Shown here piece after piece: positions 1 to 12,505 of a stretch of 64,000 bases of DNA (positions are counted from its first letter, which is position 1; each line of letters opens with the position of its first letter). This stretch comes from Octopus vulgaris (Eukaryota): assembly GCA_951406725.2 (NCBI GenBank), contig OX597814.1:11966001-12030000 (forward strand). The letters are read 5' to 3'. The position numbers and the translations under genes are program-made. The notes under the pieces were generated by a model that had not been told where the DNA came from, did no database searches, and saw only the letters and a program-made list of their open reading frames with translations.

Positions 1-560
1 GCCACGAGTCGGATGGTGCTTTTTACGTACCACCAGACCAGGGATCCTGGCTGGTACAATTCGATTTCGATTTCCCCAACATGTCTTCGCAAGCAAGGGG
101 GTTGGCATGGGTGCCTGTTGTACGGTCAGATTGGTGTATTTTACGTGCCACCGGCACGGAAGCCAGTGGAGGCGGCGCTGGCGTCGGCCACGAGTCGGAT
201 AGTGCTTTTTACGTACCACCAGACCAGGGAACCTGGCTGGTTCAATTCGATTTCGCTTGCCCCAACATGTCTTCGCAAGCAAGGGGGTTGGCATGGGTGC
301 CTGTCGTACGGTCAGATTGGTGTATTTTATGTGCCACCGGCACAGAAGCCAGTGGAGGCGGCGCTGGCATCAGCCACGAGTCGGATAGTGCTTTTTACGT
401 ACCACCAGACCAGGGATCCTGGCTGGTTCAATTCGATTTTGACTTTGATTTCGATTTCGCTTGCCTCAACATGTCTTCACATGGGTGCCTGTCGTTGGAT
501 GAGGTTCTATATCGACTTCGCTTGCCCCAACAGGTCTTTGTGTCCAAGGGAGGAAAGGCA
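1..560. repeat. ~187-bp tandem repeat, about 3 units, adjoining an RTE LINE 3' end
   Basis: gccacgagtcggat.gtgctttttacgtaccaccagaccaggga recurs at 1, ~188 and ~374. Confidence 0.85.
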
Positions 561-578
561 TTCATAAGTGGGCTGGGC

Positions 579-882
579 TCACTTGTCCTGCCTGGTCTTC
601 TCACGTACAGAATATTTCCAAAGGTCTCGGTCGCTGGTCATTTCCTCAGTGAGGCCTAAAGTTCGAAGGTCGTGCATCACCACCTCGTCCCAGGTTTTCC
701 TGGGTCTACCTCTTCCACGGGTTCCCTCAACTGCTAAGGATTGGCACTTTCTCACACACCTATCTTCATCCATTCTCGCCACATGACCATACCAGCGCAA
801 TCGTCTCTCTTGCACACCACAACTGATGCCTCTTAGGTACAACATTTCTCTCAAGGTGCTAACGCTCTGTCGAGTATGTACA
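579..882 (-). mobile_element. RTE-clade LINE, ORF C-terminus (5'-truncated)
   Basis: QERRLRWYGHVARM...VEGTRGRGRPRKTW...DRDLWK. Confidence 0.9.
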
Positions 883-1084
883 CGTCCCCCTAGCATTGCT
901 TGACAACCGATGCTGGTGTGTTTATGTCCCCGTCACTTAGCGGTTCGGCAAAAGAGACCGATAGAATAAGTACTGGGCTTACAAAGAATAAGTCCTGGGG
1001 TCGATTTGGTCGACTAAAGGCGGTGCTCCAGCATGGCCTCAGTCAAATGACTGAAACAAGTAAAAGAGTAAAAGAGAGCATTTA

Positions 1085-1290
1085 TCTAAACCAAGTGTGG
1101 AAAACATAATCCATCATGTGGTATCCGTTTTCATTGATGCATTTCTGAAGGCATTCTTGGAAGTTGGTCTCCACTCTCTCCAGCATTGCTCTTTCGATTT
1201 GGGTGACTTTCACACGAATAGCTTCCTTCAAATCGTCCAGTGTATGGGGCTTATGCACATACACATGTGCCTTGAAGTTTCCCCCACAAG
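1085..1290 (-). mobile_element. Tc1/mariner transposase C-terminal remnant
   Basis: KAHVYVHKPHTLDDLKEAI...MLERVETNFQECLQKCINENGYH. Confidence 0.8.
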
Positions 1291-2926
1291 AAATAATCAC
1301 ACATGGACAAATCAGGGGACTGAGGGGGCCAAGGAATGTCAGCAAACCTGGAAATGAGGCAGTCACCTCAAAAATTGCTTCCATCTGATGTGTGAAGTTA
1401 GACCACTGTGCATGGTCCCAGAGTTTCAACTGTTGCCCAATGACCAATTTGTGCATGGTCCCATGGTCCCAATAATAATTAGTTGTGAATGAGAAATAAA
1501 GGTCTGTGAATGAAGAAATGTTGTGTGAACAGAGTACTAAATTTTGGTTAGTTTTCTTTTAGTCAACATAATACATTACTACCACTAATTTTACTTTCAT
1601 GTAACCCCACTCCCCAACAAAGCCTTAGTAAATTTGGAAATATAAGCTATGGAGATGTTAGTTGATAAAGTGCTTAACTTCTGTGCTGTTGATAATGTTT
1701 TTATTATCTGTAATTGAGTAAGACGGTGAGCTGGCAGAAACGTTAGCATGCCGGGCAAAATGCGTAGCCGTATTTCGTCTGCCGTTATGTTCTGAGTTCA
1801 AATTCCGCCGAGGTCGACTTCGCCTTTCATCCTTTCAGGGTCGATAAATTAAGTACCAGTCATGTACTGGGGTCAATCTAGTTGACTACCCCTCCCCCCA
1901 AATTTCGGACCTTGTGCCTAGAGTAAAGATTATCTGTAGTTGAGACGTCGCCTTACTGGCACCTGTGCCGGTGGCATGTGTAAAAAGATTCGAGCGAGGT
2001 CATTGCCAGTACCGCCTGACAAGCCCCTGTGCCGGTGGCACATAAAAAGCACCCACTACACTCTCGGAGTGGTTGGCGTTAGCAGCTGTAGAAACTCTGC
2101 CAGATCAAGATCGGAGCCTGGTGCAGCCATCTGGTTCGCCAGTCCTCAGTCAAAATCGTCCAACTCATGCTAGCATAGAAAGTGGACATTAAACGATGCT
2201 GATGATGATGAGTTGATTTGCGACAGAAGTAGCTGATTGAACAAAGCATTCATTTGGATTTTCTTGTTGTCAGCCTATGTTCATTTCCAATTTAAAGATA
2301 GTGGGATGGCTTGTTGAGATGGATTTGTCTGCTATGATACCAGTGTGCTTGCTTGAAACTGGCTTTAGTTCTATGATATAAATTTCTGTTTTAAAGTGAT
2401 TTCAATTAAAGCCCATCAAATTTTAATGGTAATTTATGTTCCAAACAGCAACTTGATAATGGCAGTTTCTTCGTTATTTTAAAATTAATTGAAACAAAGG
2501 TGGACTATTTCAACAGAAGTTACAAACTAGCAGAAGTTACATTCTTTCTTCATCGCCCTTTTCAAGCCTAGCCAAGCTCATGGGCCCGGTTTCCCGGTTT
2601 CTGTGGTGTATGTGTTCCCCCCAGCTGGACGGGATGCCAGTCCATCACATCTTTACTCAAGAAACAGGAAGAGAGAGTGAGAGAAAGTTGTGGTGAAAGA
2701 GTACAACAGGGGTCGCCGCTACCCTGCTCTGGAGCCTCGTGGAGCTTTTAGGTGTTTGCGCTCAATAAACACACACACAACGCCCGGTCTGGGAATCGAA
2801 ACCGCGATCGTCCGACCGTGAGTCCGCTGCCCTAACCACTGGGCCATTGCGCCTCCACAGAAGTTACATAACTATAATTTTAAGGTTGCCTTTGATTCTT
2901 AATTGTATATTTGATTTGCATTTCAG

Positions 2927-3061
2927 GCTCTAGAATCTTTGACCATTGCTACATTTTTGCTCGGGGTGATTCCATTACTGTTGGGGATGCTATTTGAGCT
3001 GGTTATTGTTGTTCCACTTAAAGTTCCAATTGATCAGACTCCTCTTTACTTTCCTTGGCAG
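2927..3061 (+). CDS. MARCHF6: MARCH6/TEB4 E3 ubiquitin ligase, internal exon (ALESLTIATFLLGVIPLLLGMLFELVIVVPLKVPIDQTPLYFPWQ)
   Basis: tttcag acceptor and gtaagt donor, 135 bp, phase 0/0. Translation matches the recalled MARCH6 segment GVVPLLLGLLFELVIVAPLRVPLDQTPLFYPWQ. Upstream exons lie outside the window. Confidence 0.95.
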
Positions 3062-4936
3062 GTAAGTTGTTCTTTTAATATTTCTCGTTTGTCAGATCTA
3101 ACCTGTACTTGATATGATTTGTAGTAGATTTCATGTTTTTTTGCTTAACCTTTTATTGCTATAGGAATGATATAAAAGGTGAAGCTGTCTGGGAGAAGGT
3201 GGGCTGTCAAACTGCCAATTAGGTGTTTCACAATTGGTGAAACACCTGCTCTCTGCATGGCCGAAGATGCTTGGCTGCATCACCTACCTGTAAATACATG
3301 ACCTTGGGTGATACAGTTTATTGTTGTAAGCAGCAAGAACACTAGAATGGGTCATTTGGTTTGTTAACATACAGTGTTGAGTCCAAATCTCTTTCTTCTT
3401 GAGTGCTTCATAAGCAGACACGGCAGGTGAGATGGCTTAGGTTCTCTCCAGACAGTGCAACATCTCTTAGTCAGTAGCTTAAGAGATCCATTCACTGTAA
3501 GAACATTAAACTTTGTGATATGTGTTTTTATATGGGAAGGATCTTTAGAGCAGTTGCTTTTATAACTGGATACCCTTCCTTCTGTCAACACCTGAAGCAA
3601 GATGCAGTGCAGCGACTGCAATAGTAATATTTGAAGTTATGCAACTGTGGTTGGTTGCGAACACTGAAGTGGAAGTAATCCAGCTGAAGGTCTCTATATA
3701 ATGCTTTTTTTGAAGGAAATTCATAGAATGAAATACAAAATCAATACTTAACTGTGGGTATCTCTATTTCAGGGGGTTAGTAAAAAAAATATCTAACAGT
3801 ACTAAATACTTAACTATTTTCAAAGGGAGACTTACAAAAAATATTAGTAGCTGTGAAGTTAAAGTATTTTCTTACTGAGTCCATGATTGTAAGTTCAAAT
3901 CTTGCTATAATCTTCTTGGCTTGGTTCAGGGCAAGTTCAAATCCTGCTAAGGTCAGTTTTACCTTTCATCCTTGCAGGGTTGATAAAAAGATGTGCTAAT
4001 CACTGATGATGAATTAACGGAACTGATAGAGGGTTAAACAAACTACTGTGTCTGTATCTGACTCTTTGTATTCTGACATCAGTACCTGTAATGACACTGG
4101 TGCCAAACTGCATTGGTCCAACATGTTGTTCTTTCTCAGGGTAAACGTCCATACCATAAAGAGAGGAAATTTCCATGTATGGGTAACTGTTAATCTCAAA
4201 AGAAAAATCTTGCCCAGTCTTGCACATATGTATGCAGATGGATGGTCAAGTTTGCCAGATTGGCAAAAGTCAGATTCCATTTCTAATGCATGGTTGAATG
4301 ATTATTGATAGATGGGGGCTTTCAGTTGTAAAAATAGTTTTTATTGAAACACAAACTGCCCCACAGGAGTGAGTTAATTTTTAACCTACTCCTGCAGATA
4401 TCTAAAAATGGAGCAAAAATATAAAATTATTGTATAGTCTTTATATCCAACTTGACCTGGGTGTCTTGTTAGAATATCAAATACTGCATTATTAGCCTTG
4501 AGAGATCCTCTTATATAGACGCCTGGTGCTTAAAAGCACACGCATGGATCATCCATTGTGTGCACATTGGAATTTCCATTTCATGTGATTTCATTCTATT
4601 GGAAATCTGGGAAGTGTCCAGTTACTGCATGCCAGTCAGATGTTGCTGCTGCAATATATAGGATATCAGCATCTTTCAGATATGTTGCAAATAGCCAATT
4701 TGCTTATTAAATAATTATTTGTAATGGAAGCAGTATTAGTACCAAAGGGCAATCTTTATATCCAACTTAACCTGGATGTCTTGTTAGAACCCCAAATATT
4801 GTGTTATTAACCTTGAGAGATCCTCTCATTTTAAGCACTTGGTGTATAAAAGCACACATAGATCATAGCAGATAAGATTTGCCTGTTGTTTATATATTTT
4901 TTTACCATTTTTATGTGAAATTATTTTTGTTTCCAG

Positions 4937-5026
4937 GATTGGGCTCTTGGAGTTCTCCATGCCAAAATAGTGTGCGCCATTACAATGATGGGTCCTCATT
5001 GGTGGTTAAAACGAGCTATTGAGCAG
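4937..5026 (+). CDS. MARCHF6: MARCH6 exon (DWALGVLHAKIVCAITMMGPHWWLKRAIEQ)
   Basis: ttccag/gtaagt, 90 bp, phase 0/0. Contains the conserved DWALGVLHAKI motif. Confidence 0.96.
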
Positions 5027-5107
5027 GTAAGTCATGTTAGGAAGCACTACCTTGTGCTCTCAAGCTATGATAGGAATATTACAGTAATTAAAGATCAAAA
5101 ATCAACT

Positions 5108-5322
5108 TAACCCATCAGTTACCATATTTCTGTTAAAATATACTTTGTTTAAGCTAATTTTTAAAAATAATGAAAAATTTACTCAAATAACTGTTGTTAT
5201 TAAACTGTATTTGGAACATAAATTAAACCTTAGTTTTTGGTGGAAGATCTTAACTTTAGAACCAGATGTTTGTATCATAGAACCTGGAGCAGCTTCAGGT
5301 GGGTTGGTATCAAAAGGGTGGA
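5108..5322. mobile_element. piggyBac-like MITE (TTAACCC...AAAGGGT); related pieces near 2380-2520, 40230-40330 and 40895-41010
   Basis: Degenerate CCCT/AGGG termini after TTAA. Internal sequence recurs elsewhere in the window. Confidence 0.5.
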
Positions 5323-5339
5323 AGAATTAGTAGATCACC

Positions 5340-5650
5340 TGATAGAATACCTTGTAGTATTTTCCTCCTCCACCTCCACCATTCTCACGTCTGATTTTCT
5401 ATGCTTGCATGAGTTAGATGGATTCTCTCCAACACAGTGTCCTGTCACTTCAAACTATTTTTGAAGTTCAGCATTTTGAGTGCATTTCTACTCATGCCTT
5501 CCACTGGTTCTTTCCACCTGGATTTCCTGGTACTTCGTTACCAGTTTTGTCATCATTTCTATGCATTACACATTTATGCCAACAGAATCTCTCCTGCACA
5601 CTACATCTTATTCCTGTTTTACCCAGTTTGTCGTAGGGATGTTTTGAATT
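5340..5650 (-). mobile_element. Decayed RTE LINE 3' end
   Basis: DKLG..GIRCSVQER.CW..VM, frameshifted and similar to 579-882. Confidence 0.65.
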
Positions 5651-6007
5651 ATAAATAAATCTTCCTCCTGCACTGAAAATGTAACCCAAAAGATGGTATT
5701 ATAATGATTTTTTCATCTTTAATGCTACTTGTGTAAAAGTAATTCAGGACATCTTTCTCATACAAATCAAAGATCTAGTAATATTACACACCACCTTCCT
5801 TCTTTTACTGTCTTTTCTTATATTAATGACTTGTTGGCACGTGGTATCTTGTTATGCAGCCATAATATACTATAAAGTATATTAAATGCATTATAAGTCA
5901 GCACTGCATTCTACTGTGTTAGAAGTGCTATTAAATCACTTATGATTATCTCTACAGGTTTAGTGGCTATTTAGCCAATGAATTCATGTATGGTTTATGG
6001 GTTTGAC

Positions 6008-6133
6008 GTGGTGCTGATGAAGGAGCAAAAACTCTTGAAATATGGCATACACACCCATTTTGTACCCATTTTTCCATCTTTGATCACATTGTTATTTACA
6101 TTAGATGTATTCGGATACGAAACGTCATAACAA
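6008..6133 (+). ncRNA. Candidate minimal type I hammerhead ribozyme plus a degenerate second copy
   Basis: GTG-CTGATGA-AGGAG(caaaaa)CTCTT-GAAA-TATGGCA-TA-CAC, then ttgttat...GTAT(TCGG)ATAC-GAAA-CGTC-ataacaa. Confidence 0.5.
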
Positions 6134-7591
6134 ATCAGTGCTTGTTATAATTTCTATTAAAAATCTGTAGACAGATTTTCAATCGAAATAGGTAACCTTA
6201 TCGAGTGTCTTCCTCTGTATAACTGCTAAAACAAATATAAGGGAGGTAATTCACTTTTCATGAAAGTTTCTTTAAAGAATTTAAATTGTCTCAAAAACTC
6301 ATGTTATAAATACAAGCTTTTTTTTTTGTCTCGCCAAAATCAAGATTAAAATTAATATATAGTATATAATATATAGTATTTGCTGCAACGTTTTTCTCCA
6401 TCCCCCTTTATTAAAACAAATGCCATAATGTAATAAAACTGCAACTTTTAGATTATTAATATTTTTATTACATATCAACATATGTTGTACATTTGGTTTA
6501 TAGTAGATTATCTATTCTTATTGCTTATTTTATATGGTGTTACGGGTTTTCAAGACAATAGATATGTGTATAATACATATTAGTATGTTATATATTTATG
6601 AATTAGTCTCTGCAGTAGAAGACACCTAAATATTTCCAAGGCAGATATACATATTTAAACAAACAACTAGCAAATATAATTTTCAGATTCATATACGTGT
6701 TTCTTCAATAAAAGAAGTGTAAATGTCACTGAAGTTTCAAGGTCCTTTTAAGGACTGGTGCATGGATTAAGCTACTGGATCAGATGGATATAGCATTAAG
6801 TACAGTGTGTTAAAAGCTTTTGAAGTGAAACTACACTGGTTTGTTGGATTAAATCATATCTTATTCAGACCTGTACCAAGTAGGGTCCCGATGTATTTCT
6901 GTTCACATTCATATATATTCCTTCCTTTCTCAAATAATTTCTCAATACAGTATCAATATTTTTTACTGTTAAAAATATAAATTTGTGTACTAGTCTTTAC
7001 TGAGGCTTATCTCATTGGGAAGTTATTTCAACAGGAAAGCACTTACCCATACTTTTCTTGTTTTTTTTTTCCATATATCTAATTTTTTTCTCTATGATTA
7101 TTAACCTCAGAAGGTTAAAGACAATCATATCAACGTTGACCTCAGGCTTCTTAGGTCAGTAAAATAAATTCCAGTCAAATATTAGTAATGATTTAAATAA
7201 TTGTGGTCTTGTGCCAGTGTAAGAAATTATTACTGTGATATTGTATGATCTTATTCTTGTTACTAGCCTTTTAACATTTATACTTGTCAAAATATTCTAA
7301 CTTCTTTATGTTCAACTGGTCAGGTCTGACCCTGTTACATCTACCCTACAATGTAATTCTAAAAATAAACTACCACATCATCAAAATCTTGAAGCTCTGA
7401 AATAATGCAAGATTAATTCAAAACAATGTGATTGAATAAGCATTACATTTAACAGAATAATCTGAATGCTAAAGGGTCAATGTTATATGTTTATCTTGTT
7501 TTATATTTTCCAGTTCTTAGTAGCCAGTATTTAATATTAAGCACTATGCAAATGCCAATAAGTAAATTGTCCTTTTAATATTTCTTTGTAG

Positions 7592-7724
7592 GTTTACAAT
7601 GATGGTTTCCGCAATATGAATGTCCGGTTTATTCTCTTCAAGCTTTGTGCCCCTGTTATTGCTACTTTAGGAATGGCTCTGGCTGTTCCTTATGTTATTG
7701 GAAAAACTATTGTTCCTGCTCTAG
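7592..7724 (+). CDS. MARCHF6: MARCH6 exon (VYNDGFRNMNVRFILFKLCAPVIATLGMALAVPYVIGKTIVPAL-G)
   Basis: ttgtag/gtaaaa, 133 bp, phase 0/1. Aligns by eye with VYANGIRN...APVI...VPYVI. Confidence 0.94.
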
Positions 7725-8615
7725 GTAAAAAAAAAAAGTTAAAATCTTTATGCTTATTCATAATGTAATGGTGTTTCTACTTTCTCTATGCATCACATTA
7801 AGATGCATTACTTCAAATTTGATAGTTTCAAGGTTATTCTCTTCATCAGTATCATCATATTCCATGCTGGCATGTGCTGGATGGTTTGACAGGATCTGAC
7901 AGGTCAGAGGAGTTTGTTATGCTCCAGTGTCTGGTTTGGCCTGGTTTCTACAGCTGGATACCCTTCCTGATGCCAACCACATTACATTGTTGGTGATGCA
8001 TCCACTCTTCATGGCTGTACCTTCTCATGCTTGAACCAACGAAAATGATCCCTGGCCAAGAAGTTACTATTATCTCTTTCCTACTTGGCTCTTTTTTTTT
8101 CTTCAGCCTGCTGGTATCAAACTAGACCTTCAACAACCAGTTTCTATGGCATTTTCTCAATGGTGTGGTCACCTTGATTGAGTCACAGAAGCATTTCTTT
8201 GGTGCACCTAAGAAACACTCCAAAATCTAAGAGTTAATCAAGTGAAGCAGATCTTTGTGAAAGTTTGCTTTTGTTTTTCTTAAATGTTGAATTATTATTG
8301 CAAGTTGTTAAAATGTATCATGAACATCTTGCAACATGTGAGCTGTAACAACTTGATTCAAACAGCTTATGTGGGATGAGTGAGTAGGGCAGAGGTAAAT
8401 ATATGACACTGAATCACTTGTCAGTATCATTGATTATGAAATTATAACTTCTGTATTGATCACTGACTTAAAACATAGTCAAATCCACAACGGTTACACT
8501 GAAACTGATGTTGGAATAAACTAAACTGAGTTTTTCTGCTTGAATAAACCTGCTGAAGACTTTGCTCTTTGTTAAATCTGTTTGCCTTTTTTTTTTATTT
8601 ATTGTTTTACTACAG

Positions 8616-8751
8616 GTTTTAATCCCACTGTCCAGAATATTGTTTTGCGAAGAATCTACCCGATGCTACTGGCAATGATTGTAATGACAGTAGCCAGCAT
8701 ATTTCAAGCACGCCAGTTCAAAAGACTTTATGAACACATAAAAAATGACAA
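8616..8751 (+). CDS. MARCHF6: MARCH6 exon (GFNPTVQNIVLRRIYPMLLAMIVMTVASIFQARQFKRLYEHIKNDK)
   Basis: ctacag/gtgagt, 136 bp, phase 1/2. Contains the conserved RRIYP and QFKRLYEHIKNDK motifs. Confidence 0.96.
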
Positions 8752-8781
8752 GTGAGTAATTGTTTAACAACTGTTTCTTTT

Positions 8782-9305
8782 TCATCATCATCATCATCGT
8801 TTAATGTCTGCTTTCCATGCTAGCATGGGTTGGACGATTTGACTGAGGGCTGGCGAACCAGATGGCTGCACCAGGCTCCTATCTTGATCTGGCAGAGTTT
8901 CTACAGCTGGATGCCCTTCCTAATGCCAACCACTCAGAGAGTGTAATGGGTGCTTTTACGTGCCACCGGCACGGGGGCCAGTCAGGCGGTACTGGCAACG
9001 ACCTCACTCAAATCTTTTTACACATGTCACTGGCACAGGTGCCAGTAAGGCGATGCTGGTAATGATCACGCTCAAATGGTGCCTTTTACGTGCCACCTGC
9101 ACGGAAGCCAGTTAGCTGCTCTGGCAACGATCATACTCCGATGGTGCTCTTAGCACCCTACTAGCACGGGGCTCAAGTGCCAGTAAGGCAACGCTGGTAA
9201 CGATCACACTCGAATGGTGTCTTTTATGTGTCACTGGCACGGAAGCCTGTTAGCACTCGTATGGTGCTCTTTGCACCCCGCTAGCACGGATGCCAGTCAT
9301 CGAAT
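8782..9305 (-). mobile_element. SINE or LINE 3' tail with (GAT)n end and internal short tandem repeats; related copies at 1940-2210 (+), 7850-7990, 17025-17210 and 19080-19240
   Basis: Shared ttccatgctagcatgggttggac and gctggatgcccttcctaatgccaaccac blocks. Confidence 0.75.
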
Positions 9306-9859
9306 TTCATTTGAGTTTTTTTTTTTTTTCTTGGAAATGTTAGCCTACTACAAACAACGTCTCATATGTGTAATGTAGTGGATTTACTCATGCATTTAGT
9401 ACACAATGTATCTCAGAAAGTTTGATCTGAAAAAGAAAACAAGACATGCAAAGGGAGGTAATTCCAATAACTTTAGGTCATGCAACTTTGCAGATATAGG
9501 CAATGTAGATGGAGCAGACTGGCCTTTAAATCCATCTTAAGAGAGAAGTAGACATGTTTCGATCTTACTGAACCTTTTTAGTGAAGTGTTGAAGAAATGT
9601 ATTGACAGTGTTTAAGGCTGCTACAATATCCTTCAACGGAATGTTCTATAAACACGCAGTTTATACTATTGTTGTGGTTTTTGTTATCTTGACTCTTGTC
9701 TTTGTTGTCAGCCTTCTGGTTGTCCTCTTCATAATCTTTGTTGTAGTGGTATTTGTTACTGCAATGGTTGTCACTGTTACAGTCATTTGTTATTCCTGGT
9801 GATGGCAATTGAAAAAAGAAATAGTGAAATGATGAGAGCTATAATTGATATGCTATATG

Positions 9860-10360
9860 CATTTGTGTGTATGCAGGGGCATGTATGTTTGTGCATGTAT
9901 ACAGTTACATTTATGCCTATATGTATGCTGGTGCATCTATGTTTGTGTGTATGCAAGTGCATGTATGCCTGTATGTATGCTGGAGTGTGTCTATTAGTGT
10001 TCATGCAGGTGCATGTATGCTAATGCATGTGTTAGTGTGCATAAGGACACATGTATGTGTACATTTGCATTTATGCTGGTGTATGTGTTTGTGTGTATGC
10101 ATGTAGATGCATGTATGCCTACTCAGGTGCATGCTTGTCTGTATACAGGTGGATGTATACTGGTGCATGTGTGTTTGTGTGTGCATGCAGGTGCGTGTAT
10201 ATCTGTAAGTGAGTGCATATTTGTATGATGCTGCATTTTTGTGTGCATGTATGTCTATGTATGCAGGTACATATATACTTGTATGTATGAAGGTGCATAT
10301 ATGCTTGTGTGTATGCTGACGTGTGTTTGTGTGTGCATGCAGGTGTATGCTTCTATGCAA
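9860..10360. repeat. Degenerate TG/TGCATG/TGTATG low-complexity tract, resuming at 10616-10745 after the CR1 insertion
   Basis: Seen directly. Confidence 0.85.
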
Positions 10361-10370
10361 ATTTTTTTAA

Positions 10371-10615
10371 TTTTTAAAATTTAATTTAATTTAATTTTTT
10401 TGGCTCAAAAAGCAAAAGCAAGGCCATGTAGGGGGGCATGGAGTTATGTACAGGGAAGGTGTTCATACCAAGAGTTCAGGCCATTTCTGGTCAAGAGAGA
10501 CTTTGAACCGAGCCGTCGTCGGCATCTTCACTATCTCGTCCGGCAGCTTATTCCACGGATCCGCAACCCGGACGGAGAAAGCCCCTCTCCTTCGATTGAG
10601 ATGAAATCGTCGTAG
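10371..10615 (-). mobile_element. Young CR1-clade LINE 3' end with (AAATT)n tail
   Basis: LRRFHLNRRRGAFSVRVADPWNKLPDEIVKMPTTARFKVSLDQKW*; CpGs intact. Confidence 0.88.
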
Positions 10616-10739
10616 ATGTATATGCACTTGTATCTATGCAAGTGCATGCATGTCTATGCTGATGCATATGTGTGTATATGCAGGTGCATGTATATGTATG
10701 TATGCATGTAGGTGATTTTATTTGTGTGCATGCAGGTGC

Positions 10740-11185
10740 ATATAAAGTACATGCAGTAATGTAAAAATGTCTGGAAAGCGAACAATGTAGGAGTCAGATA
10801 CATGCCTGTGTGTGTATGGAGGGGAGAAAATCAGGTGTAGTGTTGGCGAATCTCAGGAAGCATGGAAGTTTTGAAGGATGCAGTGCTCCGACAACTAACA
10901 ACTGATGCCGGCAGTTTGTTCCATGCTTCAGCAACTCTCAGCGTGAAAAAATGTTTCCTAAAGTCATGGGAGCTGTGCTGTTTTCTGATTTTGTAAATAT
11001 GTCCACGGGTGTTAGACAGGTGGAGTTTGAAAAGGTGCTCAGAGTTATTGTTTGTACAATGGTTGATAATTTTATGGGTGTCTGCCAAGTCAGCTGCCAG
11101 ACGTCGGAGTTTCAATGTGTCCATGCCCAGAGAAGTAAGGCGTTCAGGATATGGCAAATGCCTGATGGAGGGTATTCTTTTGGAA
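10740..11185 (-). mobile_element. CR1-clade LINE 3' end, second family
   Basis: YPERLTSLGMDTLKLRRL..DL...TRGH..K...RKHFFTLRVAEAWNKLP. Confidence 0.9.
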
Positions 11186-11239
11186 CAAATCGGTTTTAGT
11201 CTTGTTTCTTTAACCTTTGTTTATTACATTAACTTTCAG

Positions 11240-11513
11240 ATATTTGGTTGGGCAACGCCTAGTGAATTATGAACCAAAGAAGAACTTCACCACTACCAGT
11301 AGTGGGGCTTCACCATCAAGCATGACATATTTACCAAACCAGCAGCAAGGTCAGCAGCCACTTGTTGAAGGCGAAGCAGCAGCAGCACAACCAGCCATGC
11401 ATGACCTGGCAGACATGCCAGCTGATCTTGCTATGCCTGGTGGCCCACTCTTGCAGATTCACCCAGAGGCTGCCGGCTTACAGCAGCAGCAGCAGCAGCA
11501 GCGACAAGTGTGA
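11240..11513 (+). CDS. MARCHF6: MARCH6 terminal coding exon (YLVGQRLVNYE plus 79-aa low-complexity tail, TGA)
   Basis: tttcag acceptor, phase 2 entry completing Lys. YLVGQRLVNYE is the conserved C-terminal element of MARCH6/Doa10. Confidence 0.94.
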
Positions 11514-11652
11514 GCGAAACCCTGGGTGTCTGTGGGTGTGAGAGTGTTTCGAGACAGAAGAACAAGGTAAGGTAAAAACAACTGTTTAAATGTGAAGAAA
11601 CGACTTTAAGAAGGAAGTAAACAGAAACACGAAATAATACAAAAAAAAAAAA

Positions 11653-11691
<39 letters not shown>

Positions 11692-12236
11692 AAGAGCACA
11701 AAAGAAATGAACAATGGGGGAAAAAGAAAAAAAAAGAAATTAAAATATACAAAGAGATATTAAAAAAAAAAAAAGAAAGAAAATAAAGAACACCTTTTCA
11801 GTGAGGTGTCTTGTTGGTTGGATTTGACCCTTGTTCGTTTTGAACGAGGTCTCACTGTTTCCTGAACTTACACATTAACAAACCTTCCTTGATGCGAAGA
11901 TTCAAAAACAAACAGCAAATGAAAAGCAAAAAAGAACATGAAAATTCCCATAGAATTCCAAGTTGGACAATGATCATACGTAAATGATGATGATGATAAC
12001 TGAAATATAACTTAAGTTAAACAAATGATGGACATGGAAAAAAAAAAAAGAAAAAGTTATCAAACTGGTGTTTAATTTAAAATAATGTTTAATTATTTTT
12101 TTGCCTGTGATGAAGATGATGATGATGCAGAAGGTGATAACAATACACTGTCTTAGCAGAACTTATAACACTATACTATTTAAGAAAAAAAAAAAAAAAT
12201 GTTCATATATTAAAACTGAAAATGAAAAAGGATGGA

Positions 12237-12284
<48 letters not shown>

Positions 12285-12462
12285 ATAATATATATATATA
12301 TATATTATATATGTAAAAAATTTTTTTGTTTAAATAAGAAAATGAAATACACAAAATTAAAAAAAAAGAATATAAAAAAACTTGAGCTACATTCTCTTTC
12401 CATTTAATCCAAATTTCCCTACCCAGCCACAGTTCTATTTTTTTTTTTTTTTGATATACATC

Positions 12463-12505
<43 letters not shown>

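Noticed and set aside
13-659. 184-aa and 192-aa repetitive ORFs
   Set aside because: They translate a ~187-bp tandem repeat beside a LINE 3' end; no protein motif.
9040-9300. Repeat-spacer-like pattern suggesting a CRISPR array
   Set aside because: Degenerate internal tandem repeats of a retroposon tail in eukaryotic DNA; no unique spacers and no cas genes.
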